In this document: positions 52,360 to 62,111 of the stretch, one piece after another | How positions within the stretch are numbered: position 1 is the stretch's first letter | How the letters are laid out: every line of letters starts with the position of its first letter | DNA from: an uncultured Chloroflexia bacterium | Lineage (GTDB): Bacteria; Chloroflexota; Limnocylindria; QHBO01 | DNA length: 64,000 bases | Direction: 5' to 3' | Assembly: GCA_963773405.1 (NCBI GenBank) | Contig: CAVZAQ010000011.1 | Location: 171,684 to 235,683 of the forward strand | The notes under the pieces: model-generated | Told to the model about the DNA's origin: nothing | Database searches by the model: none | What the model saw: only the letters and a program-made list of their open reading frames with translations | Position numbers and translations under genes: made by a program

Positions 52360-55300
52360 ATGCGCGCACTGCTGCGATCCGCGTCTCACGCATTCGTCCT
52401 GCTCGCGCTGGTCGTGGCGCAGCCCGGCCCGGCGGCGGCAACCGATCCCGCGATCGAGCGGTGGCCCCGATCACCGTTCCGCTCGCGATCCAGGCGGGCC
52501 GGTCGTGCTCCCCAACGGGAAGGTTCTGCCGGTCGCTCCGGCTGGTGCCTTCCGGCCGTCCCAGATGGCCGAGGCGCTTGCAGAGCACGCGCAGCGACAA
52601 AATCACGTTCGAGCCGGGCAATCGGCCCATGCGCCAGGGTGACCGGCGCCACGACCACGCCGGCCCCGCGCCGGTGGCTCACAGACGGCGACCCTCCTCG
52701 GGCTCGCTCCGTCCGCTGGCAGCCGGCGCCACGGCGACCCTCGCGTCATCGCTGCCCAACGGACTTCGCAAGGAGGTCTTCGGATTCCTCCCCTATTGGG
52801 AGATGAGTGCCTCCAGCCTGCAGTGGATGGAATACGACAAGGTTTCGACGATCGCGTACTTCGGCGTGGCGGCGCGCTCCGACGGGAGCCTCGCCACCAC
52901 GAGCGGCGGCGTCACCACGACCACATGGGCAGGCTGGATCTCGAGCGCCATGACCGAGCGTCATCAACGCCGCTCACGCAGCGCGGCGACAGGGTGGTCC
53001 TGACCGTCACGATGATGGCCTGGGACAGCGCCAGCGCAGCGCAGCAGGCGACACTGCTCGGCAGCGCCACCTACCGCGCAGAACCTGATCAACAACATCA
53101 TCGCCACCGTGAGGAATCGCAACGCGGACGGCGTCAACCTTGACTTCGAGCCGGTCTCCATCGACAACTCCGCAGCCAGTACACCTCGTTCGTCCGGCAG
53201 CTCAAGGCCGCGCTCGTCTCCGCCGGCGTCGGCTCGTACCTGACCGTCTGCACCATGGCCGGCGCGGCCACATGGGCCACCGGCTACGACATCGCCGGGC
53301 TCACCGCCTCGGGGCCGCCGACGCCCTCTTCGTCATGGGCTACGACTACAGCGGCAGCTGGTCGTCGCGCGCGGGAGGCATCGCGCCGATGTCGAGCTCC
53401 TACATGCTCGACGTGAACGAATCGGTCAACGACTACCTGTCGCTGACATCGGGCTCGAAGCTGATCTGGGGCGTGCCGTACTACGGGGAGGTCTGGCAGA
53501 CGACGTCCAGCTCGCTGAACGCCACCACCGTCTCGGGCGGGTATTTCGGCGCCTTCTACTACACGGCATGAAGAGCCAAGGCCGCGACCTACGGGCGGAA
53601 GTGGGACTCGCTCGGCCAGGTGCCCTGGTTCGCCTATCAGTCCAGCGGCAACTGGTACGAGGGCTACTACGACGACGTGCAGTCGCTGGCCGCGAAGTAC
53701 GACATGATCAACCAGCGCGGGCTGGCCGGCGTCGGCATCTGGCATCTCCAGATGGACCAGGGGACCTCGGAGCTGTGGAACCTGCTCGCCAACCGGTTCC
53801 AGAGCGACACCGTCCCTCCGAGCGGCGGTGTCCACAACCTGTCTCCCGATCACGGACGCCTACGCGATCCCGTGTCGCTTGGACGGGCGATCGACGTCGG
53901 CTCCGGTGTGGCGTCCTACACCGTGCAGGTTCGCGATCGCGCCTCGTCCACCTGGACGACTTGGCTGCAAGCGGGACGACGGCCACGTCGACGCCCTACA
54001 TCGGCAACGTCGGCCATAGCTATGAGTTCCGTGTGTCGGCCAAGGACCGCTGGGCAACACTCAGCCCTGGGTCGCTGCTATGGCCGATCCCGGCAGCAGC
54101 TCTCGCCGTGGGCGGATTCGCCACGTGCAGGCGCGACCTGCTGAACGTCGGGTCTGGTGCCGGCACGGGTTCGATGTGATCGAGCAGCTGCCCGCCGGCT
54201 TCGCTGGTGGCGATCCTGCACGGGCCGATTCCGCCTCTGGATACCAGTGGTACCAGGTCCAGTTCGGCTTCAGTGAGTGGCCCAGCGCCGAGTACCCGCG
54301 TACGGGCTGGGTCGCGGCGGGCGACGGTACGGGCACGTACCTAGTCCCCGGCTGTCGCGCCGACGGTGACGACCCTGCGCCACCGGATCGTTGGCTCCTA
54401 CGCGACGTCGTCGCGCGTCTTCAGCCCTAACGGCGACGGGCGCACGGACACGGTGAACTGAGCTTCTCCCTGCCCGCGGACTGCAAGCTCGGTCAGGCTT
54501 GACGTCCTCAACTCGGCGGGGAACGTGGTCGACACGATGAACTCGGGCGCGTCGCGCCGGCGCCCACACGCGCGACCTGGGACGGGCGGACGGGCAGCGG
54601 CGCGGTCGCCGCGGAGGGCCGTATCTCCTGCGGATCACCGCCGTCGACGGTGCCGGGACCCACGTCGCACCGACCAGCTACGTCAACAGCGCCGTCCTTG
54701 GCCAATGGGGAGTCACGGTGGACTCGACGCCGCCGTCACTGACCGCGCAGGCGCCCGACCGGCAGCGCAGTGGCCGCCACGACCAGCGCTGGTCACCGCC
54801 ACCTTCCGCGAGCCGGTCACCGGCGTCTCTGGCTCGACATTCGCCCTGGCGGACACGACGACCGGGGCGGTCGGTTCCGGCGAGCGTCACCTACGATGCA
54901 GCGTCCCGGGTCGGCGACGCTGCGTCCATCTTCCGCGCTCGCGCAGGGGCATACTTCCGCGCGCAGCTCATCAGGCTGGCGCATCCGCTGACCTGGCCGG
55001 GAACGCGGCTGGCCACGACCGACGTGGTCCTTTACCACCGCCGTCCGGCCTGACCACCTACGACCCGCCGCGCACCCTGAACTTCGACGCGGGGACCTAC
55101 ACCGGCTACGCCTTCGACGCCTCGGGCAAGGTTACCGGCAGCAAGACCTACACCCTGTCGCGCGCCTCGTACCGCCTCGACCAGCCAGCGGAGCACGGCC
55201 ATTCCCGGCCACGCCGGGACCTGGTTCTACGTCATCAACGGGGTCTGGGCCGGCGACTGGGTCCAGGACAGCAGCCACGTCTACGTCACGGAGCCCACGC

Positions 55301-55807
55301 CGACCACCACCAGCCCCAGCGTGACCAGCTACAACCCCGCGCGGTCCCTGGTCTTCGCCTCGGGCAGCCACACCGGCTACCGGTTCGACGCCTCCGGGGC
55401 GGTAACCGCCACCAAGACCTACACCCTGTCGCGCGCCTCGGGCGCAGCCACCAGCCAGCGCAGCACCGCCATCCCCGGCTCACTCCGGTGCCTGGTTCTA
55501 CGTGGTCAACGGGGTCGTGGGCCGGCTACTGGCTGCCGGAGTCGACCCGCCTCTACCTGCGCGGCATCAGCCAGCGAGACCGACTTCGGCAGCCCGCACA
55601 CCGTCTCTTCGCGGCCGGCACCTACACCGGCTACCGCTTACTCGAGCCTGGAGCGTGACGCCGACCAAGCCGTACTACCTGTCCCGCTCGTCGGCGGCCT
55701 CCGGCTCCAAGGTGGCAATCATCAACGGCCGCAGCTACGTCTACATCATCAACGGGGTGTGGGCCGGCTACTGGGTGCCCACCGGCGGCGGGGTGACGGT
55801 GCGCTAG
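52360..55807 (+). pseudogene. secreted multidomain cell-wall protein S2: GH18-like, Fn3-like, SH3b-like, FlgD-Ig-like and Ig-like domains plus the same 3 C-terminal repeats; at least 10 frame breaks
   Basis: Signal 'MRALLRSASHAFVLLALVVAQPGPAAA'. GH18: 'VFGFLPYWEM', 'DGVNLDFE' (53127-53150), 'LFVMGYDY', 'LIWGVPYYG' and 'AGVGIWHLQMD'. 'VASYTVQVRD...GHSYEFRVSAKDRWGN'. SH3b-like: 'LNVRSGAGTGFDVIEQLPAG...YQWYQV'. 'FSPNGDGRTDTV'. 'SGSTFALADTTTGA...VTYDAASR'. All of these are scattered over all three frames. Confidence 0.6.
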
Positions 55808-55833
55808 TCGGGGGTGGTGTGGGGGACGGTACT
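55044..55833 (+). repeat. copy 2 of the ~790-bp direct repeat (3' module of S2 plus ~26 bp past its stop)
   Basis: See copy 1. Relative to copy 1 it carries an extra t at 55170 ('tcgtaccgcc' vs 'tcgaccgcc') and further 1-nt length differences that break the frame. Confidence 0.9.
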
Positions 55834-56735
55834 GCCGGCCGTTGAGGCCTGGACCAGATCGCCGCCATCCCCTGCGTGGGCCTCGACGGAGAACCGCTCG
55901 GCCGATAGAGGCAACCACGCGACGGCTCGTAGTCCGGCACGCGGGCGAGGGCGGCCGCCAGGTCCTCCTCGTCGCTCGACCAGGAAGCCGTTCTCGCCGT
56001 CGGTCACGATCTCACGCAGGCCGCCGACCGCCCGGGCCACGACCCAGCGGCCAGACGCGATCGCCTCGGCGGCTACCAGGCCGAACGGCTCCTCGCGCGA
56101 CGGCACCAGCAGCACGTCATGCGCCGCGAGCAGCTGCGGGTATCTCGTCGGGTGGTACCTCGCGAATGCCCGGGCCCGAACAGCGTGTCCGCAAGTCGCC
56201 GAGCGACGTCGACGCCCTTGTGCGGGGACGTCGCCGCCCAGGTACAGGACCCGGCGCTCCGCCGGCCTGGGGCTCGGCGAGAAGCGGGACAGGTCAATCC
56301 CCGGCGGGATGACGGTCGCGTCGGCGCCCAGGCCGCGGACAAGGGCCGCCGTTTCGGCCGAATTGGTGACGACGGCATCGGCGCCGCGGACGACCCGCTG
56401 GGCGAGCCAGCGGAAGACCCGATTTCGGGCGGCCATGTCCCGCACATCCCCGCCGTGCGCATAGACGACCAGCGGCAGCCGTCGCAGGCGGGCCGCGAGG
56501 AGCGCGATGACGCCCGAGGGCAGGACGAAGTGCCCTTCGACACCGTCGAACCGGCCGCGCGCCGTGAGCGCCTGCCAGGCCATGGCGAGGTACCGACGCC
56601 AGCCCGGCAGGTCATAGCGCGCGGGCGCAACCACCACGGACTCCAGGTGGGGTCTGCCAGCCGGTCGCGGACGAACGCGCCCGCAGCGGGGCGATCCGGA
56701 GTCGGGAATCGGGCAGTGACGACGAGAAGCCGCAT
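55804..56735 (-). pseudogene. GT4-family (GT-B) glycosyltransferase, multiple frame breaks
   Basis: 'MRLLVVTARFPTPDRPAAGAFVRDR' (ATG 56735), 'LPLVVYAHGGDV', 'VVTNSAETAALV' and 'LLVPSREEPFGLVAAEAIASGRWVVARAVGGLREIVTDGENGFLV' are distributed over ORFs 56073..57890(-), 55804..56811(-) and 55749..55940(-). The C-terminal end is uncertain. Confidence 0.7.
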
Positions 56736-56789
56736 CTCGACTGAACGGTACCCGATCGCGTCGCGCCCACCCACGTACAATGGGCTGCG

Positions 56790-57524
56790 ATGACCTCCAT
56801 TGCCGCTCCACGCCGCGTCGACGGCCGCGCCCCGAACCAGCTTCGGCCGGTCAAGATCGTTCCCGACTACCTCAAGTTCGCCGAGGGCTCCGTCCTGATC
56901 CGGGTGGGCGACACCCGCGTGATCTGCGCCGTCACCATCGAGGACCGGGTGCCGCCCTTCCTGCGCGGCAAGGGCACCGGGTGGATCACCGCGGAGTACA
57001 GCATGCTGCCCCGCGCCGGTGCGGAGCGCAGCCAGCGTGAGGCGAGCAGGGGGAAGATCGGCGGACGGACGCACGAGATCCAGCGCCTCATCGGCCGATT
57101 CCTGCGCACCGCCGTGGACCTCACCCGCCTTGGCGAGCGGACCATCACCCTGGACTGCGACGTGATCCAGGCCGATGGCGGCACCCGCACCGCGTCCATC
57201 ACGGGGGCCTACGTCGCCCTGGCGCGCGCCATGAAGCGCTACGGCATGGATCACCTCATCGCGGGCCAGGTCGCCGCGGTCAGCATCGGCGTGGTCGGCG
57301 GCCAGCTCCTCCTGGACCTCAACTACGCGGAGGATTCCACCGCCGAGGTCGACATGAACGTGGTCATGATGGACAACGACCGCTTCGTCGAGCTCCAGGG
57401 GACCGGTGAGCAGAAGGCCTTCAGCCGCGAGCAGATGAACCAGATGGTCGACCTCGCGGCCGGCGGGATTCACCAGCTCTTCGAGCTGCAGCAGCAGGCC
57501 ATCGAGGCGCCGGCCGCCGGGTGA
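56790..57524 (+). CDS. rph: ribonuclease PH
   Basis: 244-aa intact ORF. '[10 protein letters not shown]', '[17 protein letters not shown]', '[13 protein letters not shown]', '[12 protein letters not shown]', '[19 protein letters not shown]'. Confidence 0.95.
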   Translation: MTSIAAPRRVDGRAPNQLRPVKIVPDYLKFAEGSVLIRVGDTRVICAVTIEDRVPPFLRGKGTGWITAEYSMLPRAGAERSQREASRGKIGGRTHEIQRLIGRFLRTAVDLTRLGERTITLDCDVIQADGGTRTASITGAYVALARAMKRYGMDHLIAGQVAAVSIGVVGGQLLLDLNYAEDSTAEVDMNVVMMDNDRFVELQGTGEQKAFSREQMNQMVDLAAGGIHQLFELQQQAIEAPAAG

Positions 57525-58152
57525 CGGACCTGCTGGTGGCCACGAACAACCCCGGCAAGCTGGCCGAGTTCCGTCGGCTCCTGGCCCCGCTCCCGGTCCG
57601 GGTGGTCGAGCCCGGCGGAGGTCGGCGTGCGCCTCGAGGTGCCGGAGCCGCACGAGACCTACGCGGAGAACGCCCGCGACAAGGCGGTCGCCTTCTGCCG
57701 GGCCGCGGGCCTGGTCACCCTCGCCGATGACTCCGGGATCGAGGTGGCCGCGCTGGGCTGGGGCCCGGGCCCTCGATCGGCGCGGTTCGGCGGGGCGGAT
57801 ATCGAGGATCGAGCCGGCGTACCTCCTTGCCCAGCTCAACGGGACCGATGACCGCCGCGCGCGGATGGTCTGCTGGCTGGCCGTGGCCATCCCCGTGGAT
57901 GGCGAGCCGGTGGTGGAGCTCTACTCCGGGGTGATGGACGGATCGGTGGCGGAGGCGCCGCGCGGGGCGTGGCGGATTCGGCTACGACCCGATCTTCGAG
58001 CTGCCCTCCGGGTCCGACGGCGGCGGAGCTGCCGGAGGGCGAGAAGGACAGGGTGAGCCACCGCGGACGGGCCGTTGCGGCCGCCGCACGCGCGGATCGC
58101 CGAGCTGGCGTCGGCCGGGCAGGACGACTCGGGCACGGGCGCCCTCGGGTAG
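57521..58152 (+). pseudogene. rdgB: XTP/dITP diphosphatase (RdgB/HAM1 family), five +1 frame breaks in ~630 bp
   Basis: '[24 protein letters not shown]' is followed by '[23 protein letters not shown]...[23 protein letters not shown]'. Next come '[24 protein letters not shown]', 'RGGFGYDPIFELPSG' and 'TAAELPEGEKDRVSHRGRA', then the tail ending TAG 58150-58152. Breaks fall at ~57614, ~57810, ~57965, ~58008 and ~58092. Confidence 0.8.
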
Positions 58153-58179
58153 AATTCGCCGACCCTGGCAGGAGATCGC

Positions 58180-58779
58180 ATGAACGACCGGCCGTCCGTG
58201 CGCATCCACCCGACAGCGGACGTCTCGCCTTCGGCGGAGATCGGCTCCGGCACCAGCATCTGGAACCAGTCGCAGGTGCGCGAGCGCGCGCGGATCGGTC
58301 CCGGATGCGTCATCGGCAAGAACGTGTACGTCGACTTCGACGTGGTCATTGGCGCCAACGTGAAGATCCAGAACAACGTCAGCGTCTACCACGGCGTCAC
58401 CGTGGAGGACGGCGTCTTCATTGGCCCGCACGTCTGCTTCACCAACGACCGGCTCCCGCGCGCGATCAACCCCGACGGCAGCCTGAAGAGCGATGACGAC
58501 TGGGAGGTGAGGCCCATCCTCGTGCGGCACGGCGCGGCCATCGGCGCCAACAGCACCGTGCTGCCGGGCGTCACCATCGGCCGATGGGCCATGGTGGGCT
58601 CGGGGAGCGTCGTCACCCGCGACGTCGCGGACCACGAGCTCGTGGTGGGGAACCCGGCGCGCCGGCTCGGCAGCGTCTGTGCCTGCGGTGCGCCGCTTCG
58701 CGACGAGGCCGACGGCACCCCCTTCGCAGGTCCCTGCCCGCGCTGCGGCCGGCCCTTCCCGCCGGCCGCCGGGTCCTGA
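58180..58779 (+). CDS. left-handed beta-helix N-acetyltransferase, WbpD/WlbB-like, with C-terminal Cys4 tail
   Basis: 199 aa. Hexapeptide repeats, 'VKIQNNVSVYHGVTVEDGVFIGPHVCFTND', 'GAAIGANSTVLPGVTIG' and 'VVGNPARRLG'. The tail is 'CACGAPL...CPRCG'. Confidence 0.8.
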   Translation: MNDRPSVRIHPTADVSPSAEIGSGTSIWNQSQVRERARIGPGCVIGKNVYVDFDVVIGANVKIQNNVSVYHGVTVEDGVFIGPHVCFTNDRLPRAINPDGSLKSDDDWEVRPILVRHGAAIGANSTVLPGVTIGRWAMVGSGSVVTRDVADHELVVGNPARRLGSVCACGAPLRDEADGTPFAGPCPRCGRPFPPAAGS

Positions 58780-58783
58780 CGGC

Positions 58784-59870
58784 ATGCGCGTTCTGACCGT
58801 CGTGGGCGCGCGCCCGCAGTTCGTGAAGGCGGCACCGGTCAGCCGTCTCCTGCGCGAGGCGCACACCGAGGTGCTGGTCCACACCGGCCAGCACTACGAC
58901 GACGCCATGAGCGCCTCGTTCTTCCGCGACCTGGAGATTCCCGAGCCGGACGTGAACCTGGGCGTGGGTTCCGGGTCGCATGCGGCGCAGACCGCGGAGA
59001 TGCTCCGGCGCCTGGAGCCGGTCCTCGCCGAGCGGGCCCCGGACGGCGTCGTCGTCTACGGCGACACGAACTCGACCCTCGCGGCGGCGGTGGTCGTGGC
59101 CAAGATCGCCTTCGCGGACGGCCGTCGCCCGTGGCTGGCGCACGTGGAGGCCGGCCTGCGCTCCTTCAACCGCGCCATGCCGGAGGAGCGCAACCGCGTC
59201 GTCGCCGACCACCTGGCCGACCTCCTCCTGGCCCCCACCACCACCGCCCTGGAGAACCTTCGCCACGAGGGCCTGGAGGGCCGCACCGCGCTGGTCGGCG
59301 ACGTGATGGTCGACGCGCATGCCTGGGCCGCGCAGCGCTCCGAGGATCACCTGCCACGGGTGGCCGCGGATCACCCGGGCTACGTCCTGCTCACCCTGCA
59401 TCGCGCCGAGAACGTCGACGATCCGCGACGCCTGGCTGCCCGGCTTGCCGCGATGGCCATCGACCGGACCGTCATCTTCCCGGTCCATCCCCGCACGACG
59501 CGCAACAATGAAGCGGTCCGCCGTCCGCCTCCCGAAGAACGTGGTGGCGATCGACCCGGTCGGCTATCTTCAGATGGTGGCGCTCGAGACCCACGCGGCG
59601 GCGATCGCAACGGACTCCGGCGGGGTCCAGAAGGAGGCGTACCTCTCCGGCGTCCCGTGCATCACGCTCCGGACCGAGACGGAATGGGTCGAGACGATCG
59701 ACGCGGGCTGGAACCGGCTTGCGGGGCTCGAGCCGTCGGCGGTCGCCGATCGCCCTCGCGGGACCGGGATTTCATGGACCGGACCAGGCCGCATCCGCCG
59801 TTGCACGGCGACGGCCGCACCGCGTCGCGCATCATCGCGGCGCTCGAAGGGCTCGACACGCAATGGCAGG
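58784..59870 (+). pseudogene. wecB: UDP-N-acetylglucosamine 2-epimerase family (WecB/WbpI-like), at least two frame breaks; 3' end uncertain
   Basis: 'MRVLTVVGARPQFVKAAPV', 'HTGQHYD', 'VVVYGDTNSTLAAA' and 'HVEAGLRSFNRAMPEERNR' lie in the first frame. The middle 'MKRSAVRLPKNVVAIDPVGYLQMVAL...TDSGGVQKEAYLSGVPCITLRTETEWVE' is in ORF 59319..59927. The sequence returns to the first frame for 'GDGRTASRIIAAL'. No in-frame stop precedes the next gene. Confidence 0.78.
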
Positions 59871-59923
59871 CTGACGCGGCCCGGCAGGGCGCGCGCGGCG
59901 AGCCGATGGAGGCATCCACGACC

Positions 59924-61032
59924 ATGATCCCGATTGCACGCCCGCAGATGGGCGAAGAAGAGAAGGCGCTCGTGTGGAGCGCACTCGAATCCGGCGCCCT
60001 GGCGCAGGGAGCCCGGGTCCACGAGCTGGAGGAGCGCTTCGCCGAGTTCATCGGCGTGCCCCACGCGGTCGCCACCAGCTCCGGCACCACCGCGCTGCAT
60101 CTGGGCCTGATGGCCCAGGGCGTGGGCGACGGGGACGAGGTCGTCACCGTGCCCTTCACCTTCATCGCCAGCGCGACGGCGATCCTCTTCGCCGGCGCCC
60201 GTCCGGTGTTCGTGGACGTCGAGGCCGATACCTTCAACATGGATCCGGCCCTGATCGAGGCGGCGATCACCCCGCGCACGAGGGCGATCATGCCGGTCAG
60301 CCTCTACGGGCAGCCCGCCGACCTGCCGGCGATCATGGCCATCGCCGAGCGCCACGGGCTCGCGGTGCTCGAGGACGCCGCCCAGAGCCACGGCGCGGCC
60401 ATCGGCGATCGCCGCAGCGGCTCATGGGGCGCGGGTGCGTTCAGCTTCTACCCGACCAAGAACATGACCACCGGCGAGGGCGGCATGATCACCACCTCCG
60501 ACGCCGAGGTCGCGGAGCGCGCCCGGCTGCTGCGGGAGCACGGGATGAAGGTGCGCTACCACCACGACATCGTCGGGTACAACTTCCGCATGTCGGACAT
60601 CCACGCCAGCATTGGCCTGGCGCAGCTGCCGAAGCTCCCGGCCAACAACGCGCGGCGCCGGGCGATCGCAGCACGCTACGACGCGGATCTGCGCGGCGTC
60701 ATCACGCCCGCGGTGCGCTCGGCGGTGACCCACGTCTACCACCAGTACACGATCCGCGTGAACCGACGCGACGAGTTCGTCGAGCGGCTCCGCGAACGTG
60801 GCGTGGGTACCGGCATCTACTACCCGATCCCGGTCCATCGCCAGAAGCCGTTCGTGGCGCTCGGGTACGGCGACCAGCGGTTCCCGGTCACCGAGATGCT
60901 GGCGGAGCAGGTGGTCAGCATCCCCGTGCACCCCGCGCTCTCCGACGCCGACGTCGACGCCGTGATCGCCGCGGTGAACCAGACGGCGGCGGAGCTGGGG
61001 CCGATCGCGGCCGAGACGGCGAGACGGCGTGA
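59924..61032 (+). CDS. DegT/DnrJ/EryC1 family PLP-dependent sugar aminotransferase (WbpE-like); natural stop displaced by an 8-bp duplication
   Basis: 'MIPIARPQMGEEEKALVWSALESGALAQG', 'TSSGTTALHL', 'FSFYPTKNMTTGEGGMI' and 'YHQYTI'. As given, the frame stays open to 61495. Deleting one gagacggc copy gives '...AAETA*' with a GTGA overlap to the next gene. Confidence 0.85.
61013..61028 (+). repeat. perfect 8-bp tandem duplication gagacggc|gagacggc at the aminotransferase/oxidoreductase junction
   Basis: Read directly at 61013-61020 and 61021-61028. A length of 8 shifts the frame and removes the expected TGA. Confidence 0.9.
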
Positions 61033-62111
61033 GCCAGCCCGCCGCCAACCCGACCCCGGCGAGCGACCGCCCCGGACGCCTGCGCGCCGGGGTGGTGGGC
61101 CTGGGCATGATGGGGCGCAACCACGTCCGCGTCTACGACGAGGTCCTCACCGACGTCGACCTCGTTGCGGTCGCCGATCCGGATCCCGACGCGCTGCGAC
61201 GGGCAACCACGGGGCGCGCGGCGCACGGGCACGCCGATCCCGCGAGGATGTTCGCCGAGGAACGGCTCGACCTGGTGAGCATCGTGGCGCCGACCTCGCT
61301 GCACCGGCAGGTGACCCTCGATGCCCTCGCCTCGGGAGCGAACGTCCTTGTCGAGAAGCCCATCGCCTCGGATCGGCCGGAGGCAGAGGCGATGATCGAG
61401 GCGGCCCGCAGGGCCGGGCGGATCCTGACCGTGGGTCACATCGAGCGCTTCAACCCGGTCATCCGCGAGCTGCGGCGACGCCTGGCCGCCGGTGAGCTGG
61501 GCCGGATCTTCCAGGTCAAGGCGACCCGTCTCGGTCCGTTCCCGGCGCGGATCCGGGACGTGGGAGTGGTGCTCGACCTGGCGCCCCACGACATCGACGT
61601 CATGCGCTTCCTGCTCGGTTCGGAGCCGGTGCGTCTCTACGCGGAGACGGAGCAGCGCATCCACACCGACCACGAGGACCTCTTCAACGGGATCCTCAAG
61701 TTCGCGAACGGGGTCATCGGCGTGCTCGACATCAACTGGCTAACGCCGACCAAGCGGCGCACCCTGACCGTCACCGGCGAGCGCGGCATGTACGTCGCCG
61801 ACTACATCAACCAGGATCTCTTCTACTACGCCAATCCCGACGCAACCCAGGTCTGGGAGCGCCCGGGTCCCGATGAGAGCCGCATGGCGACCTCCGTCTC
61901 GGAGGGCGAGATGGCGCGCCGATCCATCAGGCGCCAGGAGCCGCTCGCGGTCGAGCTCGCCGAGTTCGCGCAGGCGGTGCGCAGCGGCGGGCCACCACCG
62001 GTGGACCCCCGCGACGCCATGATCGCGCTGCTCCTCGCCCGCAAGATGGTCGAGGCCGCGACGAAGGGCGCGGTCGTCTCGGGCGACGAGCTGGCGGAGG
62101 TGCTGGCGTGA
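61029..62111 (+). CDS. Gfo/Idh/MocA family NAD-dependent sugar oxidoreductase (WbpB/WlbA-like)
   Basis: 360-aa intact ORF. Rossmann 'LRAGVVGLGMMGRNHVRVY', 'NVLVEKPIA' and 'GHIERFNP'. Confidence 0.8.
   Translation: MSQPAANPTPASDRPGRLRAGVVGLGMMGRNHVRVYDEVLTDVDLVAVADPDPDALRRATTGRAAHGHADPARMFAEERLDLVSIVAPTSLHRQVTLDALASGANVLVEKPIASDRPEAEAMIEAARRAGRILTVGHIERFNPVIRELRRRLAAGELGRIFQVKATRLGPFPARIRDVGVVLDLAPHDIDVMRFLLGSEPVRLYAETEQRIHTDHEDLFNGILKFANGVIGVLDINWLTPTKRRTLTVTGERGMYVADYINQDLFYYANPDATQVWERPGPDESRMATSVSEGEMARRSIRRQEPLAVELAEFAQAVRSGGPPPVDPRDAMIALLLARKMVEAATKGAVVSGDELAEVLA

Noticed and set aside
50577-53003. 808-aa ORF as a single protein.
   Set aside because: Only its first ~170 aa and last ~90 aa match real protein segments (the S1 N-terminus and the S2 GH18 start). 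The middle is an out-of-frame reading of the S1 repeats.
58679-61495. 938-aa ORF as one giant epimerase-aminotransferase-X protein.
   Set aside because: It is a composite. The middle of the epimerase lies in another frame. The aminotransferase has its own ATG at 59924. The read-through past 61032 is explained by the 8-bp duplication and overlaps the oxidoreductase gene.
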